Shown here piece by piece: positions 18,956 through 28,677 of a DNA stretch of 64,000 nt. The translations under genes and the position numbers were made by a program. Source of the DNA: an uncultured Alphaproteobacteria bacterium (lineage in GTDB: Bacteria; Pseudomonadota; Alphaproteobacteria; SHNJ01); contig CAYWJR010000003.1 in NCBI GenBank assembly GCA_964458615.1, forward strand, positions 2,262 through 66,261, written 5' to 3'. Each line of letters begins with the position of its first letter. The stretch's first letter is position 1. A model generated the notes under the pieces. The model was not told the origin of the DNA and searched no databases. It saw only the letters and a program-made list of their open reading frames with translations.

Positions 18956-18966
18956 TCCCGATTCCC
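18939..18966 (-). repeat. right terminal repeat: (GGGAATN)x4 on the minus strand, i.e. inverted relative to the left one
   Basis: Plus strand reads GATTCCC CATTCCC CATTCCC GATTCCC, whose reverse complement is GGGAATC GGGAATG GGGAATG GGGAATC. The cargo gene's ATG lies inside this repeat. Confidence 0.9.
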
Positions 18967-18968
18967 TT

Positions 18969-19673
18969 CTACTTCTTCGCCGGAGCCGCAGGTTTCGCAG
19001 CGTCTTTGCCAGCAGCAGCCGCAGGAGCGGCAGCAGCAGCGCCTTCGGCCGGAGCAGCGGCAGCGTCTGTCGCAGCGGCGGCAGTCGCCGGTGCGTCGTC
19101 TTTAACGACTGTCGGCGGATTGATCGCCAATACGGTAAAGTCGCGGTCGCGTTGTACCGGTTGCACGGTCGACGGCAATTTCATTTGGCTGATATGGACG
19201 GATGTATTGATTTCCAAACCTTCTAGGTCGATTTCAAAATATTCCGGAATATCGGCGGCCAAACATGTTACTTCGATTTCATGTTGTACCAAGTTCAATA
19301 CGCCGCCTTGTTTCAAGCCAGGGCATTTCGCTTCGTTTTTCACATGGATCGGCACGTTGACGCGGATGCGGGTTTTATCCGACACGCGCAAGAAATCGAC
19401 GTGAATAACATGATCCGTTACCGGATGGGTTTGCACATCGCGGGGCAGGGTGCGGATTTTCGCGCCGCCCATTTCAATGTCCACCAATTTGGTGAAAAAG
19501 TTTCCGGCCATGTATAATTTGCCCAGTTCCAATGGGTTGAGCATGATGATCTGCGGATCTTTTTTGTCGCCGTAAATTACGGCAGGAATTTTATTGTCGC
19601 GGCGTGTCGCGCGGGCGGCCCCTTTACCAGCTCCCGGGCGAGATTCGGCAGACAATTTCAGTACTTGTGTCAT
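18969..19673 (-). CDS. rplY: 50S ribosomal protein L25 / general stress protein Ctc, with an Ala/Pro/Lys-rich C-terminal tail
   Basis: RRDNKIPAVIYG N-terminus and an L25 beta-barrel, followed by a low-complexity tail of about 45 aa typical of alphaproteobacterial L25. Confidence 0.9.
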   Translation of the reverse strand: MTQVLKLSAESRPGAGKGAARATRRDNKIPAVIYGDKKDPQIIMLNPLELGKLYMAGNFFTKLVDIEMGGAKIRTLPRDVQTHPVTDHVIHVDFLRVSDKTRIRVNVPIHVKNEAKCPGLKQGGVLNLVQHEIEVTCLAADIPEYFEIDLEGLEINTSVHISQMKLPSTVQPVQRDRDFTVLAINPPTVVKDDAPATAAAATDAAAAPAEGAAAAAPAAAAGKDAAKPAAPAKK

Positions 19674-19888
19674 AACGAGCCTCTTCGTTTGGTTGCTATT
19701 CCACGCGGCCTCCAGGGGTGCCGTCGCGGCCTTGTTGCCAAGGAACGCGGTTTATACGCGATTTTATTGCAAAAACCAAGCTTTCTAAGTCGGTTAATGC
19801 AATAAATGACGTATTTACAATTGGTCAAACACATATTGTATTGCTTTAAGATACGATTTTTAATAAGATTTGGGAGGTAGGATCAATA

Positions 19889-20293
19889 ATGACGGAAAAA
19901 TCATCTCAATTCGGCGGCTGCGGCGAACAGGACAGGTTGGTAACAAATTACCAATTGCGCCTTGGGGAATTGATGGACGCCAAATTGGATTGTTGTCCCA
20001 ATCAAAAATCGGCCGAGGCGGTTTTGGGAATGATAACACGTGCTTGTTTTCAAAATGTACGTGAAGGCGGCAAATACGTGGCCGGCAGCATAAAATTATT
20101 GGTTGGCGATTATATTCGCGGCAACCAAGGCGGAAAATCGATCAGTGCAGAAAATGTGATTGTTGCTGCTGGTTTAAGATTGCCGGATACGCCAGGCAGG
20201 AATACCGATCCGAAACCGGCGCGCGGCAAATCACGCAGGTTGGGCAGCGGCGAATTGCGCCTTCATACATCCCGGCAACGCCGTCGGCCATAA
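19889..20293 (+). CDS. hypothetical protein (134 aa)
   Basis: Strong GGGAGG Shine-Dalgarno 8 nt upstream of the ATG. No recognisable domain. It lies in the inserted region between rplY and prs. Confidence 0.4.
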   Translation: MTEKSSQFGGCGEQDRLVTNYQLRLGELMDAKLDCCPNQKSAEAVLGMITRACFQNVREGGKYVAGSIKLLVGDYIRGNQGGKSISAENVIVAAGLRLPDTPGRNTDPKPARGKSRRLGSGELRLHTSRQRRRP

Positions 20294-20312
20294 ATGACGA
20301 TGCGCATTCCGA

Positions 20313-21245
20313 TTAGTGTTTAATATATTTGTTGCGGATTTTCCATGCGGTCGATCCAATTCCGATCATCGCCATTCCCATGGCAATCAACGTAATCGGC
20401 CATCCGATCGTATCGGCGAAATTTTCCGCGCTGAAATATCCCAAATACCCGATCAATGCGATGGTGCCGTTGAATAATAACGCGGTGCTGCGAACATAGG
20501 TGCTTAGGTAAATAACACCCGCGCAAATTCCCAAATACAATATTTCGGCCGGTGTGCGGTCGACCAGGCTGAAACCGGCGAATAATGCAAATGCGCTGCC
20601 GGTGAAATACCAGAACGGGCATAAAACACGGTGGATCGTGCCTTGTAAATGATAGGCGATCAATCCAATCGAAACGCCGATTGTGGCGAATGTCCAATCG
20701 CCGTCAATGCCGATGCGGTTGGCATAGGTTAAAACCCACGCGAATCCCAAAAACATCATCAAGAAAACCAACGATGTCCGGTGTATCGCGGTGAATAATA
20801 AAACCTGAACCAAAAATAAAGATCCGGATGCGATCAAAAACGCCAATTCCGCATCGCCGCCATGCGGCCAGATTTCCGCCATCGTGACCAAAATACCGGT
20901 CAATTGCAATCCGGCCGCGACCACGAGCAGCGGCGCGACCGCTTTTTGATAGCGAGTGTCCTTGTGGCATAAGATTCCCATCACCAATGCGACGGTGCCG
21001 GATCCCAAAGTTGCGATGATGCGCGCGGCGGAATTCATATCGTCCCACCGCATGGCGATGAATACGCCGATGCCGCATAAAATGAAAATCCCGCCAAGAT
21101 AAGACAATACCGATGGCAATAAGGCGGATTTTGAATCGTTGTGTTTCGATTTGCCGATTGCGGCGATTTCAGCCGGCGATATTTGAAATTGCTGAATCAA
21201 TGCGGCGATATATTCAATTGCTTGATCGCGGGTGCGGATTTCCAT
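20313..21245 (-). CDS. hypothetical polytopic membrane protein (about 9 TM segments)
   Basis: Highly hydrophobic throughout. Starts 3 nt after the stop of the upstream gene. Confidence 0.65.
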   Translation of the reverse strand: MEIRTRDQAIEYIAALIQQFQISPAEIAAIGKSKHNDSKSALLPSVLSYLGGIFILCGIGVFIAMRWDDMNSAARIIATLGSGTVALVMGILCHKDTRYQKAVAPLLVVAAGLQLTGILVTMAEIWPHGGDAELAFLIASGSLFLVQVLLFTAIHRTSLVFLMMFLGFAWVLTYANRIGIDGDWTFATIGVSIGLIAYHLQGTIHRVLCPFWYFTGSAFALFAGFSLVDRTPAEILYLGICAGVIYLSTYVRSTALLFNGTIALIGYLGYFSAENFADTIGWPITLIAMGMAMIGIGSTAWKIRNKYIKH

Positions 21246-21248
21246 CGG

Positions 21249-21974
21249 TTAATCCTTTCTGATCCAGCCAAGGAATTTCGTATTGGCGTAATCGTAACGG
21301 TATCTTTGTTCGGGATTGGCGATGGAATATGACCGCCCGTTCTTGACGATACGGAAATCGGAATTGCCCCGGCTGTTGTAAAATATTTCGCTGAACAGGC
21401 TGCGGTTGCGGTATCCACCATATTCCGTACCATATCCATCGGGGGCGACCGTGCCTTTGTACAGGCGGACATTCTGCAATTCCGGCAATTGGATTGTTAC
21501 ATAATCGTTGCCTTTTGCGCCCGATTCTCTGTTCGGGCAATCGCCCTTTGGTGTGGATGGGACAATGGCTGGCGGATTCGTTTGCGCCGGATCGATTGGC
21601 GCGGATGGTTTTACGCAACTGAAATATTCCTTGGGAACTTGTTTTTCCAACGCATCGGCAAATGGAATTTCAATAGACCGGCCGGTTTTTGCGTCAAAAC
21701 GGTAAATTTTCGGATTGTTGTAACGGTTGTAATTGTCGTCCGACCAACGCGCCGCCGCGCGAACCCGCACCTGATCGCCGGATGTATCTACGGTGATGGC
21801 AAGATCGCCATGATTGTCGTTATTGTAATTTTGCGCGGTGTATAAAAAATCATATTGCGGCGCATCGACAAACAATGACGGCAAATAAGTAGCCAGCCAG
21901 AAAAAAACGACCAGCAATAAAGGCAAGCAAATCCCAGCCGCCAGAACAAAGTTTTCGCGGAAAAATTTTTTCAT
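21249..21974 (-). CDS. hypothetical N-terminally anchored or secreted protein (241 aa)
   Basis: AGGAT Shine-Dalgarno. N-terminal signal/anchor MKKFFRENFVLAAGICLPLLLVVFFWLA. The extracytoplasmic part is rich in Tyr/Asn/Arg. Confidence 0.6.
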   Translation of the reverse strand: MKKFFRENFVLAAGICLPLLLVVFFWLATYLPSLFVDAPQYDFLYTAQNYNNDNHGDLAITVDTSGDQVRVRAAARWSDDNYNRYNNPKIYRFDAKTGRSIEIPFADALEKQVPKEYFSCVKPSAPIDPAQTNPPAIVPSTPKGDCPNRESGAKGNDYVTIQLPELQNVRLYKGTVAPDGYGTEYGGYRNRSLFSEIFYNSRGNSDFRIVKNGRSYSIANPEQRYRYDYANTKFLGWIRKD

Positions 21975-21995
21975 GGATTATCCTATGGTTTGGAA

Positions 21996-22931
21996 TTAAT
22001 CGAACAGGCTGGAAACGGATTTTTCTTCGGCGATCCGGCAAATCGCTTCGCCCAGCAATGGAGCGATATCTATTTGGCGGATATTGTGCGCGACGCGCAC
22101 CGCCTCGGTCGCTTGGATCGAATTTGTGGTAATCATCCCGCTGATCGGCGACGATGTGATGCGCGCAACCGCGCCGCCCGAAAACACGCCATGGGTGACA
22201 TAGGCCTTGACCGATTTTGCGCCTGCCTCCATCAATGCGACGGCGGCGTTGCACAATGTTCCGGCCGAATCGACAATATCGTCCACCAAAACGCAATCGC
22301 GGCCACGGACATCGCCGATGATATTCATAACTTCGGATACGCCGGCGCGTTCGCGGCGTTTATCGATAATCGCCAAATCCGCATCGACCTTGCGGGCAAA
22401 GGCGCGGGTGCGGCCCACGCCGCCGACATCCGGCGATACAAATAATAAATTCCCCGCGTCGGGGAATTGGTCTTTGATGTCTTTGACAAAAACTGGGAAT
22501 GCAATCAGATTGTCGGTTGGAATGTCAAAGAAACCTTGGATTTGCGAGGCATGCAGGTCCAGGGTCAATACCCGGTCCGCGCCTGCGGTTGTGATCAAAT
22601 TCGCCATCAATTTGGCGGAAATCGGCGTGCGCGGGGACGATTTGCGATCCTGGCGGGCATATCCATAATACGGCACCACGGCGGTAATGCGCTTGGCCGA
22701 ACTCCGGCGCAAGGCATCGATCATGACCAACAATTCCATAACGTGATCGTTGGCGGGATAAGATGTCGATTGAATAACGAAAACGTCTTCGCCGCGAACA
22801 TTTTCGTGGATTTCGACGAATACTTCCATGTCGGCGAATCTTTTGACGCTGGCATTGGTCGCGCCGATATTCAGGTATGCGCCGATACTTTCCGCAAGTG
22901 GACGGTTGCTGTTTCCTGCTACTATTTTCAT
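21996..22931 (-). CDS. prs: ribose-phosphate pyrophosphokinase
   Basis: PRPP synthetase motifs ([21 protein letters not shown]). Confidence 0.9.
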   Translation of the reverse strand: MKIVAGNSNRPLAESIGAYLNIGATNASVKRFADMEVFVEIHENVRGEDVFVIQSTSYPANDHVMELLVMIDALRRSSAKRITAVVPYYGYARQDRKSSPRTPISAKLMANLITTAGADRVLTLDLHASQIQGFFDIPTDNLIAFPVFVKDIKDQFPDAGNLLFVSPDVGGVGRTRAFARKVDADLAIIDKRRERAGVSEVMNIIGDVRGRDCVLVDDIVDSAGTLCNAAVALMEAGAKSVKAYVTHGVFSGGAVARITSSPISGMITTNSIQATEAVRVAHNIRQIDIAPLLGEAICRIAEEKSVSSLFD

Positions 22932-23044
22932 GCAACTATTTTCATGGCGATTTTCATGTAGCGGTACCCTACCGGTAATGGTTTGCCGTAATTTCGCCGG
23001 AATCTATCAGGGCTGCCAAAATCTGTAAAGTGAAATGTTAAAAA

Positions 23045-23827
23045 TCAAGGTTTTAACGATATCGCCGATACTTGTCTGGCATAGTCGGGTTCGGCGTTTA
23101 ACGTGGCGCGCCGGTGGCTGAAAAAAACGCCGCTGTTGGCGCAGGTATCGCCCGGCACGTGCCCGACATATCCCAATTTCGACCGCAGCAATCGGCCAAT
23201 CACATATCCAGCCAAATCGAATTGGTAATGGCCCGGTTTCGGATCCTTGCCGAAATAAACCGAATTGCCATGATCCAGATTGATGAAATTTTGATAATAT
23301 TCCGAACCTACTTGATAGGATGTTTGCCCGATACACGGCCCGACCGAAGCCATAATGTCGCTGCGGCGCGATCCCAATTTTTCCATCGCCAAGATAGTGG
23401 ATTCTAAAATTCCGTTCACCGCGCCGCGCCACCCTGCGTGCGCCGCGCCGATAATTTTTGCGTTGGGATCGTAAAATAAAACCGGGGCGCAATCGGCGGT
23501 CAATACACCGATCGGAAAATTTCTGACATTGGTTACGATCGCGTCCATTTTCGCCTGATCCCACGCAGGCACAGCGGCCTTATCGGTGATGGTCAGGCAT
23601 TGGTTGCTGTGAATTTGATATAATGTGGTCAGTTCCGTGCCATGCAACGCCGATGCGACGCGTTTGCGGTTTTCGGCGACCGCATCGCCGTTATCTTTGG
23701 TGCCAAGCCCGCAATTCAACGACGCATAAATTCCCTGGCTGATTCCGCCATTGCGCGTGAAAAAACCATGCGCCACCGATGCGGTGTGCGCAGCAAATTC
23801 GGAGTCGGTTAGAAATTCGGCAGTCAT
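23045..23827 (-). CDS. pgeF: peptidoglycan editing factor PgeF / YfiH (Cu-oxidase_4, DUF152)
   Basis: Conserved H/C/H residues within the AHAGWRG...C...H pattern. Confidence 0.85.
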   Translation of the reverse strand: MTAEFLTDSEFAAHTASVAHGFFTRNGGISQGIYASLNCGLGTKDNGDAVAENRKRVASALHGTELTTLYQIHSNQCLTITDKAAVPAWDQAKMDAIVTNVRNFPIGVLTADCAPVLFYDPNAKIIGAAHAGWRGAVNGILESTILAMEKLGSRRSDIMASVGPCIGQTSYQVGSEYYQNFINLDHGNSVYFGKDPKPGHYQFDLAGYVIGRLLRSKLGYVGHVPGDTCANSGVFFSHRRATLNAEPDYARQVSAISLKP

Positions 23828-23843
23828 AATAAAAATCTATGGT

Positions 23844-24896
23844 TTAACGGCTGACAATCAATACCTTGAACAGCCTGCCCATTTGATCCGGCAAAGTCAA
23901 TCTGTCCGCGCCCTGGCGCAATGTTTGTTGTTGTTCCGGCGTTGCCGATTTCATCAATTGCGACAACCGCAATTCGATGCCATAGGATTTCAAAAACGCG
24001 CCTTGCGTTCCTAAAAACCGTGTGCGCAATCCGCATTCCCCGGCAATCAACGAAAGGGCGTTAAAATCGACATGGGTGGTCATATCGGCCAGTCCGGGAT
24101 GATCCCGCGCATCGACTTTTTGGTGTTTTAACAATGCCTGAATCGTATCGCCGTAGCCCGGTTCGGTGTGGCCATAATCGATTATGATCGCCATGCCGCC
24201 ATGGCGTTGCAAATGCGCGGCCATATTGCGGAATATGGCGTGGCTTGCGGCGCTGTATTCGAAAACATCGCCGCGCCGCGCGGCCGTTTTGGGCATAAAT
24301 TTTTGTATCGCGGCAATACCCGCATCGCCATGACAATCCCAAACCAATTTGTCCGCGGGATCCAATTTTAAACCCCTTGTCATCCACCGGTCGCCCAAAA
24401 TTATTTGATCGGTTGGTAACGTGTCGAAAAATTCGTTGGCGATGAACAATAACGGCTGATCGGGCAATTGCGATAAATCGTCGATCCAATTCGTGTTGCA
24501 GGATGCCAATTTTTTTGCCTGTTGTTGCCGCAAATTCGGGTTGGCTTCCAGTAGGAAAATATCGTCTGGTACGGTTTTGGCGGCTTGGGCGATTGCGCGC
24601 ACCGCGTCTTGCATCAATGTGCCGCGTCCGGGGCCGAATTCGCACAAGCGCAAATTGTGGCCTTGCCATTCTTTTTGCCAGGCCTCGATGCCCCACAGGC
24701 CGATAATTTCGCCGAACAATTGCGATATTTCGGGCGCGGTGATGAAATCGCCGTGCGTGCCCAACGGGTCGCGGTCGGCGCGGTAATATCCATGTTCGCC
24801 GATCAGGCATTCATGAATGAATCGCGCTGTGGTGATAAATCCGTTTTGGCGGATATATTCAACGATTAAATCAAGACAGGGATTTTTTGCGGGCAT
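23844..24896 (-). CDS. SAM-dependent methyltransferase, MidA/NDUFAF7 family (DUF185)
   Basis: HGYYR...FITAPEISQLFGE...EFGPGRGTL motifs. Start placed at ATG 24896; the track uses TTG 24917. It overlaps the lgt 3' end by 26 nt. Confidence 0.8.
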   Translation of the reverse strand: MPAKNPCLDLIVEYIRQNGFITTARFIHECLIGEHGYYRADRDPLGTHGDFITAPEISQLFGEIIGLWGIEAWQKEWQGHNLRLCEFGPGRGTLMQDAVRAIAQAAKTVPDDIFLLEANPNLRQQQAKKLASCNTNWIDDLSQLPDQPLLFIANEFFDTLPTDQIILGDRWMTRGLKLDPADKLVWDCHGDAGIAAIQKFMPKTAARRGDVFEYSAASHAIFRNMAAHLQRHGGMAIIIDYGHTEPGYGDTIQALLKHQKVDARDHPGLADMTTHVDFNALSLIAGECGLRTRFLGTQGAFLKSYGIELRLSQLMKSATPEQQQTLRQGADRLTLPDQMGRLFKVLIVSR

Positions 24897-25665
24897 AGGC
24901 CACCAGCGCGATTCCAAATGCCATCATCGGCACACACAACCATTGCCCCATCGTCAATCCCAGTTGCAATAACCCCAAGAAACTGTCCGGTTCACGGAAT
25001 ATTTCGACGAACATGCGCGATGCGGCATAAAATATTAAAAACAAACCGGATGCCAATCCCGGCGATTGCAACATCGATGTGCGGCGTTGCAGGATAAAAA
25101 ACGCAATCAGCATGGCGACGCCTTCCAATCCGGCTTCGTACAGCTGGCTGGGATGGCGGGGCAGATCGCCGCCGTTTGGAAAAACCATGCCCCACGGCGC
25201 ATCGGTTGGCCGGCCGTATAATTCGCCGTTGATAAAATTGGCGACTCTTCCTAAAAACAATCCAATTGGCGTTACGCACGCGCCGACATCCAAAATATTC
25301 CATTTGTTCAATCCGCGTTTTTTCGCGAATAAAACCGCGGCGATCAGAACGCCTAAAAATCCGCCGTGGAACGACATGCCGCCTTGCCACAACATAAAAA
25401 TTTGCGCGGGATGTTCCAAATAAAACACCGGTTTGTAAAAAATCACATATCCCAACCGTCCGCCCAAAACCACGCCCATGGTCGCCCAGAAAATAACGTC
25501 GTCCCATATTTCGCGCGTTAAATGCGGCAGGTGTTTTTGCGATAAATAAACGGCATAACGCCAACCCAAAAATATTCCAAAGAAATAGGCCAGCGCGTAC
25601 CAATGCACCGCCAACGGGCCGATTTGAACGGCGATTGGGTCAATCGATGGAAATTGCAAGGACAT
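24871..25665 (-). CDS. lgt: prolipoprotein diacylglyceryl transferase
   Basis: Lgt signature (HWYALAYFFG ... GGRLGY) and polytopic topology. TAATG overlap with hldD. Confidence 0.9.
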   Translation of the reverse strand: MSLQFPSIDPIAVQIGPLAVHWYALAYFFGIFLGWRYAVYLSQKHLPHLTREIWDDVIFWATMGVVLGGRLGYVIFYKPVFYLEHPAQIFMLWQGGMSFHGGFLGVLIAAVLFAKKRGLNKWNILDVGACVTPIGLFLGRVANFINGELYGRPTDAPWGMVFPNGGDLPRHPSQLYEAGLEGVAMLIAFFILQRRTSMLQSPGLASGLFLIFYAASRMFVEIFREPDSFLGLLQLGLTMGQWLCVPMMAFGIALVAYARKKSLS

Positions 25666-26651
25666 TAATTGTACGGATCGACTTTGGTCAAATAATCTTG
25701 GACATAGGCGCGGACGCCGTCTTCGAGCGACGTGAATTCCTTGGAATATCCGGCTGCGCGCAGCCGATCCATTTTCGCTTCGGTGAAATATTGGTATTTT
25801 TCACGGATGTTTTCGGGCGTATCGACAAATTTAATGTCTGGTTTTTTGTCAAGCGCCGCATAAACCGCATGCGCCAGATCCAAGAAACTGCGTGCCTTGC
25901 CGGTGCCCAAATTGAATACGCCGTTTACCTTGTGATTGTCATAAAGCCATAACATCACATCCACGCAATCTTGCACCCAAACGAAATCGCGCAATTGCCC
26001 GCCATCTGGGTATTTGGGGTTGTGCGAGCGGAATAACGTTGCCGATTCGCCGCGCGCGATCTTGTCGTGAATTTGCGATACAACGCTGCGTTGGCCGCCT
26101 TTGTGGTATTCGTTGGGGCCATAAACGTTGAAAAATTTCAATCCAACCCACTGCGGTGGGCGCACGCGGCCTGTTCTGACGACGCGCGCGACCCAACGGT
26201 CGAATGCGTGCTTGCTCCACCCATAGGCGTTCAATGGGCGGTATGTTTCAAGAACATCAGATGAAAAATCATCGTCGAACCCGGATGCGCCATCGCCATA
26301 AGTTGCCGCCGAAGACGCGTATACGAACCGCGTGCCGTGACGGCAGCACCAGCGCCATAAATTAACCGGCAGTTGAAAATTACTTTGCACGATTAGGTCG
26401 GCATTGGTTTCCGTTGTCGCCGAAACACCGCCCAAATGATAAATCATGCTGATTTCACTGGCGTGGTCATTCAAAAACTCGAACAAATCGTTCGACATGA
26501 TGAATTCGGCCATTTCGCGTTTGGCGACATTGCGCCATTTTTCGTCATGACCAAGCGTGTCGCAAATAATGATGTCGTTGTGTCCGCGCTTTTCAAGGCC
26601 GGCAACCAAATTCGATCCGATAAAACCCGCCCCGCCAGTGACAATAATCAT
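25665..26651 (-). CDS. hldD: ADP-L-glycero-D-manno-heptose-6-epimerase
   Basis: MIIVTGGAGFIGSNL Rossmann motif and YxxxK. Length and motifs are consistent with HldD/RfaD. Confidence 0.85.
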   Translation of the reverse strand: MIIVTGGAGFIGSNLVAGLEKRGHNDIIICDTLGHDEKWRNVAKREMAEFIMSNDLFEFLNDHASEISMIYHLGGVSATTETNADLIVQSNFQLPVNLWRWCCRHGTRFVYASSAATYGDGASGFDDDFSSDVLETYRPLNAYGWSKHAFDRWVARVVRTGRVRPPQWVGLKFFNVYGPNEYHKGGQRSVVSQIHDKIARGESATLFRSHNPKYPDGGQLRDFVWVQDCVDVMLWLYDNHKVNGVFNLGTGKARSFLDLAHAVYAALDKKPDIKFVDTPENIREKYQYFTEAKMDRLRAAGYSKEFTSLEDGVRAYVQDYLTKVDPYN

Positions 26652-26767
26652 TTTGGAATCCCGCTTAAATCAAGGTTGCATTTATAATATGTATGTGTAA
26701 ACCGAACGGTTATAGATGTAAATAGGGGCGGCGTGCGCCGCCATCAATCCTGCAAATAGGTGTGGAT

Positions 26768-27073
26768 ATGAGCGAATGGAAGTTGTTATTGGACGATTTG
26801 GCCAAAATGGCGGTGTCTACATTCGGTTTGGCCGATGGTGTGCGCCGGGATGGCGCGGATAAAATCCGGCTGCGGTTTGAAAAACTGGCCAAGAAAATGG
26901 ATTTGGTCAGCCGCCAGGAATTCGAAGTGGTCAAGGCCATGGCCGCGCGCGCACGCGCCGAGCATGAACATTTAAAAGCGCGTTTGGATAAATTGGAAAA
27001 ATCGGGCAAGCTGTCTAAAACATCGGCGGGAAAAAAAACCGGATCGGCCAAGCGCGCGAAAAAATCCAAATAA
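26768..27073 (+). CDS. ubiK: ubiquinone biosynthesis accessory factor UbiK (YqiC/BMFP family) coiled-coil protein
   Basis: DLVSRQEFEV...LKARLDKLE coiled coil with a basic C-terminus. ATG 26768; GTG 26762 in the track. Confidence 0.65.
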   Translation: MSEWKLLLDDLAKMAVSTFGLADGVRRDGADKIRLRFEKLAKKMDLVSRQEFEVVKAMAARARAEHEHLKARLDKLEKSGKLSKTSAGKKTGSAKRAKKSK

Positions 27074-27265
27074 TTTTTTGGGATTTAAATCGGGTTCAGG
27101 AATCTGTTATCCCCAAGCGCTGTATTTTAGAAGCATCATTTTTATAAAAATATATTGCGCGGCGCTTTGACTATTGTCACTATGGATTATGGATGGCAAT
27201 CTAAAGGTCAGGTAACAAACCTACCCATAACAACTGGTTGGGGCTTGTACGAGAGACAGGGTGTG

Positions 27266-27823
27266 ATGCCCACCGCCAGCGGGAATAATTTGCCAATCCT
27301 TAACCGACAGGAGTTGCAAAATATGGCCGCTTTGTCCGAAGATTTTCAAATCACCGAAAACCCGATCGATTTAGTCGAAGAATTCGTCGCCGCGAATTCC
27401 TGGCAATTCAACCGTTTTGACCCGGATGAAATGATGGCCGACGTCAAAGGCAAATGGTGCCAGTACAAATTGCATTTTTTATGGCGCGAAGATCTGAACG
27501 CGCTGTATTTTTCCGCCGCGCTTGACGATGCGATTCCGGAAAACCGCCGGGCGGCCGTTTATGAATTGCTGGCCCATATGAATGAAAAAATGTGGATGGG
27601 GCATTTTGAAATTTGCCACGAAGAAATGGCCATCGCTTTTCGTCAAACATGTCTGATGCGCGGGCAATTCGCCGCCAGTTTCGAACAAATCGAGGATTTG
27701 GTCGACATTGCGCTTGCGGAATGCGACCGGTTTTTCCCTGCGATCCAGCATGTGATCCAAGGCGGCAAGCATGCCGAAGAAGCATTGTTGATGTCGTTGG
27801 TTGATGTTGCGGGAATGGCGTAA
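27266..27823 (+). CDS. YbjN-domain protein (putative sensory-transduction regulator); start uncertain
   Basis: IDLVEEFVAANSWQFNRFDPDEMMADVKGKWCQYKLHFLWREDLNALYF pattern. Immediately upstream of proC. The track ORF begins at 27155. Confidence 0.55.
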   Translation: MPTASGNNLPILNRQELQNMAALSEDFQITENPIDLVEEFVAANSWQFNRFDPDEMMADVKGKWCQYKLHFLWREDLNALYFSAALDDAIPENRRAAVYELLAHMNEKMWMGHFEICHEEMAIAFRQTCLMRGQFAASFEQIEDLVDIALAECDRFFPAIQHVIQGGKHAEEALLMSLVDVAGMA

Positions 27824-27840
27824 CCGTTCTATCATAGGCC

Positions 27841-28674
27841 ATGGCAAATAATATCGTACTTTTGGGCTGTGGCCGCATGGGTCGCGCGATGTTGCGCGGA
27901 TGGATGTCAAATGCGGCGTTGGCAAGCCACCGTTTTTTCGTCGTCGATCCAAAATCCACGCAATTGCGCGACGATCCCGAATTTTCCGGTTTGTCCGGCA
28001 GTGCTCCAAAATTCGTGTCAGACGCATTCGGATTGCCGGATCAGATCGATATTATTGTCGTTGCGCTGAAACCCCAAAAAATTCCAGGCATTTTGCCGTT
28101 GTACCAATCTAAAATCGGTGCAGGCACATTGATATTGTCGATTGCGGCGGGCACAAGAATTGACACGTTGCAACGCGCCGCAGGACGGGGCGATTGCATG
28201 ATTGTGCGCGCGATGCCCAATCTTCCGGCATCGATTGGGCGGGGCATTACCGTTTGTTTCGCCAAGCCGGATATAACCAAAACCCAAAAACAATCGGTGC
28301 AAACGTTGTTGGAATCGTTGGGGCAGGCGGTGTGGATCGATCAAGAATCGTATATGGATGCGGTAACGGCGGTATCGGGCAGCGGGCCCGCGTATGTTTT
28401 CCGTTTGTGCGAGGCGATGGCGGATGCTGGAATTAAATCCGGCCTGCCGGCCGATCTTGCCATGCAATTGGCGCGGCAAACAATTATTGGCAGCGGATTT
28501 ATTATGGATGCAACCGAACAATCCGCGTCCGAATTGCGCCAAAATGTTACAAGCCCGGGCGGCACCACCCAGGCCGCGCTGGATGTCATGAACGGTGGCG
28601 GCGCATTCGATGCGATTGTAACCAAGGCGGTTGCGGCGGCGGTAAAGCGCGGCAAGGAATTGGCGGAATCGTAA
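27841..28674 (+). CDS. proC: pyrroline-5-carboxylate reductase
   Basis: NADP-binding N-terminus (LLGCGRMGRAM) and a P5CR dimerisation domain. Confidence 0.9.
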   Translation: MANNIVLLGCGRMGRAMLRGWMSNAALASHRFFVVDPKSTQLRDDPEFSGLSGSAPKFVSDAFGLPDQIDIIVVALKPQKIPGILPLYQSKIGAGTLILSIAAGTRIDTLQRAAGRGDCMIVRAMPNLPASIGRGITVCFAKPDITKTQKQSVQTLLESLGQAVWIDQESYMDAVTAVSGSGPAYVFRLCEAMADAGIKSGLPADLAMQLARQTIIGSGFIMDATEQSASELRQNVTSPGGTTQAALDVMNGGGAFDAIVTKAVAAAVKRGKELAES

Positions 28675-28677
28675 TTT

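Larger units (their letters stand above)
18533..18966. mobile_element. 434-bp TIR-flanked cassette carrying a four-helix-bundle (23S rRNA IVS-type) gene, inserted exactly between the pth start codon and the rplY stop codon
   Basis: Perfect 28-bp inverted termini, each made of four GGGAATN heptamers, with one small ORF inside. The boundaries abut pth ATG (18530-18532) on one side and come within 2 nt of the rplY TAG on the other. Confidence 0.5.

Noticed and set aside
18533-18966. Heptamer arrays read as a CRISPR-like or simple tandem-repeat locus
   Set aside because: Only four 7-bp units per side with no spacers, and the two arrays are an inverted pair flanking one gene. Terminal inverted repeats fit far better than CRISPR or an SSR.
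22207-22668. 153-aa plus-strand ORF
   Set aside because: Antisense shadow inside prs.
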